DNA from: Lingula anatina
Lineage: Eukaryota > Animalia > Brachiopoda
NCBI GenBank assembly: GCA_051362555.1
Contig: CM120646.1
Coordinates: forward strand, 3,224,001 to 3,288,000
DNA: 64,000 bases
Direction: 5' to 3'
Shown: piece after piece, positions 61,729-64,000 of the stretch
Numbering within the stretch: the first letter of the stretch is position 1
Layout of the letters: every line of letters starts with the position of its first letter
Position numbers and translations under genes: made by a program
Notes under the pieces: generated by a model
What the model was told of the DNA's origin: nothing
What the model saw: only the letters and a program-made list of their open reading frames with translations
Database searches by the model: none

Positions 61729-64000
61729 GTTCCTGGACTTAGATTAGGATTTTATTTACCAAAATTCACCTATTAGTGAAAATTGTGCTTGCAATTTAAT
61801 GGGATTTTTTGTACTTTTTTCATTGGAGTAAAAGTTGATTGTTACATGACAAATTGCATTTAAGATGGCCACAGTGAAAGAAGATCATTCACTTGAATTG
61901 AAAGCACAATTTGAAACGAACAGACCTCACTTCATTTTGGTACTAAGCCTTTAAGCCACTTACGATCAAAACATAAGACTTGGCTCTCAGCAACATCTTT
62001 AGAAATAAGTTAAGAATTAATATGTCAGTAAAGCATTACAGTTTACAGACAGTTTTTATTTTCTATCTATGTCACTGGGCCTGATGTAGTGATATGATTA
62101 TACGAAGGGTCAATTTAAAAGTGACTAGAATTATGATTAATTTTTTATCAAAAATGTGGCATTAAGGGAGTTGTTAAATGAGAAAAAAAAATAGAGAAGT
62201 TGAAGGAAAAAAAAAAGATCATTCCAAAATGACATGGTTCAACTTATGCCATAGAGAAGAAGCGGCAGACAGTGGGTTTTGCTGATGGCAACTATTAAAA
62301 GCAGATATTTGTGAAAAGATATTGAATGAACCTGGGAGTTGCTTTAATATTATCAAAACTATATCAGGAGGATAATTTGAGCACTAGCATCGCAGTATTT
62401 CCCAGGTTAACATGGGCTCCAGGGTGTAGCAGCAACCTTGGCTGTTTTACTGTACATATATATATTTAATGGTATCTGTGCACACCACTTATAAGTAAAC
62501 TGTATATGTTATCTCCCAGTAGATATCATCGGACCAATCCTAACATGTAAGTGTAGTAACCTGTTAATCTGCAAGCTTCATATGACAACCATTATACATT
62601 AGCCCGTTGCACAAGCTTACTTGGCATCTATGCATTAGTCCTAACACCAGTGTATATATTTCTATAGATCGTGCATTTGTGGCCACATTGCCCTGTCGCT
62701 GCAATGACATACTGACCCAGTTTGGCGGTCATGACCTTGTGACCCAGTTTGAAAGTCATGACCCTGACAGGTTATGACTTGACCTTGTTATGAAGTCGTG
62801 TCCTGAGCAAGTGTCATGCTACTTTTAAAAGGTAATAAGAACTGTGGAGGAAAATGTGCAAAATGTTTTAAATGAAACCAGAATGTTGTTTTAAGCCCAT
62901 CAGGGCAACGTGGACATGTTGTGCTGTAGGTTTTATATATTTTATTAGTATATTCATATAGATGTAGGTTTACACATTATTTTATGTCTAGTGCGCCAAG
63001 TTAATTGCACATAAACGAATAATGAAAACGAAAGCCTACTGATATTTCTATTTATTATCATCAACTGTTTGATCCATTGTGAAACTAAGAATGAAATTAT
63101 GCTACACTTGTCTGAAAGAAGTTGAGGCATGGTTTACAGTAAGGAAAAAAAGATTAATCATGTAAAGCCATGTAAAGCAGTTAAGATTCGTATACGGCTC
63201 TGTCAGTTGTATATCATTACATTTGCTATATTAGTGTCATGTAGGTGTGCAAGATATCAATGGATTGTGATTTTATACCTTTTATTTAGTTTCTTTAATG
63301 ACACGTTTGCCGTTTTATGTGTTCAGGCACAGGCATAGAAGGCACATTCTGTTTGCTTTAAAGCCCTAAAAGTAAAAAAGATAACCACTGATGTTATGGG
63401 TTTATCAGGTCAGACAGCAATTTAAATAACTACTTTAAAATGATATTATTTTTGATTTGTACTAATTTCTCATGATGGTTATGTTGTGCTCATTCCGACT
63501 GAGTGATGTGTAATTTGATAAAATTATATGTACAAAATCAGGTCACAAATTAGACTATAAACAATCCCGCCAGAATTCTTTTCAGTGGTAACAATTGCAT
63601 TTATGGAGATCAGAAATTAGTATTACACAAAAAACTTGTCTTCATTAACAGATCCACCCCTGTCACACCGAATATGTTTGGAAAAGTGTTGTGCAAAAAG
63701 TCCAGTATTTGCTTTAAGCTGTAGTGCAAAAAATTATCAGTGTAATTTGATGTAAATGTATGTTTTGTCTTTTAGTGAATAATTTAATCTGCCGAGTAAA
63801 TTACTTGGTTACTCTGATAGTTTCTTCAATCGCCAGTTTATATAAGAGCTATAGTTCTTCAGCGTTCAATGTTTGTTCAGTCACCTGAGAAAGAGGAGAA
63901 AGCTGTTGACATGGCCTCTTCCAAAGTATTGGAGAACCATTACTCTGATATGAGCTGCTGAGTGGAGAAACTACATCCGTAATTAGATGCTTTGTCTTTA

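Noticed and set aside
63338-63350. AAGGCAC (miR-124 seed-like) in the APP 3' region
   Set aside because: It is in the sense orientation rather than a target site, the rest does not match mature miR-124, and no hairpin is evident.

Overview
Eukaryotic (animal) genomic DNA: AT-rich, intron-rich, with many non-autonomous DNA transposons. The repeat types and gene structures suggest a lophotrochozoan such as a mollusc, but this is inference only. Six intron-containing protein-coding genes were reconstructed by hand from splice sites and reading frames. They are a partial divergent MFS/SLC16-like transporter (- strand, runs off the left edge), NIT2 omega-amidase (+), BUD13 (-) head-to-head with ASCC2 (+), a BTB/POZ plus 8-zinc-finger gene (+), and an amyloid precursor protein family gene (+, about 25 kb). 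Mobile elements include a Tc1/mariner deletion derivative, a TA-flanked TIR element, a Helentron-type (HINE) element carrying a 146-bp satellite array, a Harbinger-type fold-back MITE, and a nested TIR-in-TIR insertion. Most notable observations: a U12-type (minor spliceosome) intron in ASCC2, a perfect 192-bp tandem duplication in an APP intron that carries two copies of an in-frame 33-nt candidate microexon, higher-order satellite formation inside the HINE, and an (ATATT)n tract replacing an APP polypyrimidine tract. I found no CRISPR array, rRNA or tRNA, and no convincing evidence for a wholly new multi-gene system. Most short ORFs in the supplied track are intronic or antisense noise.
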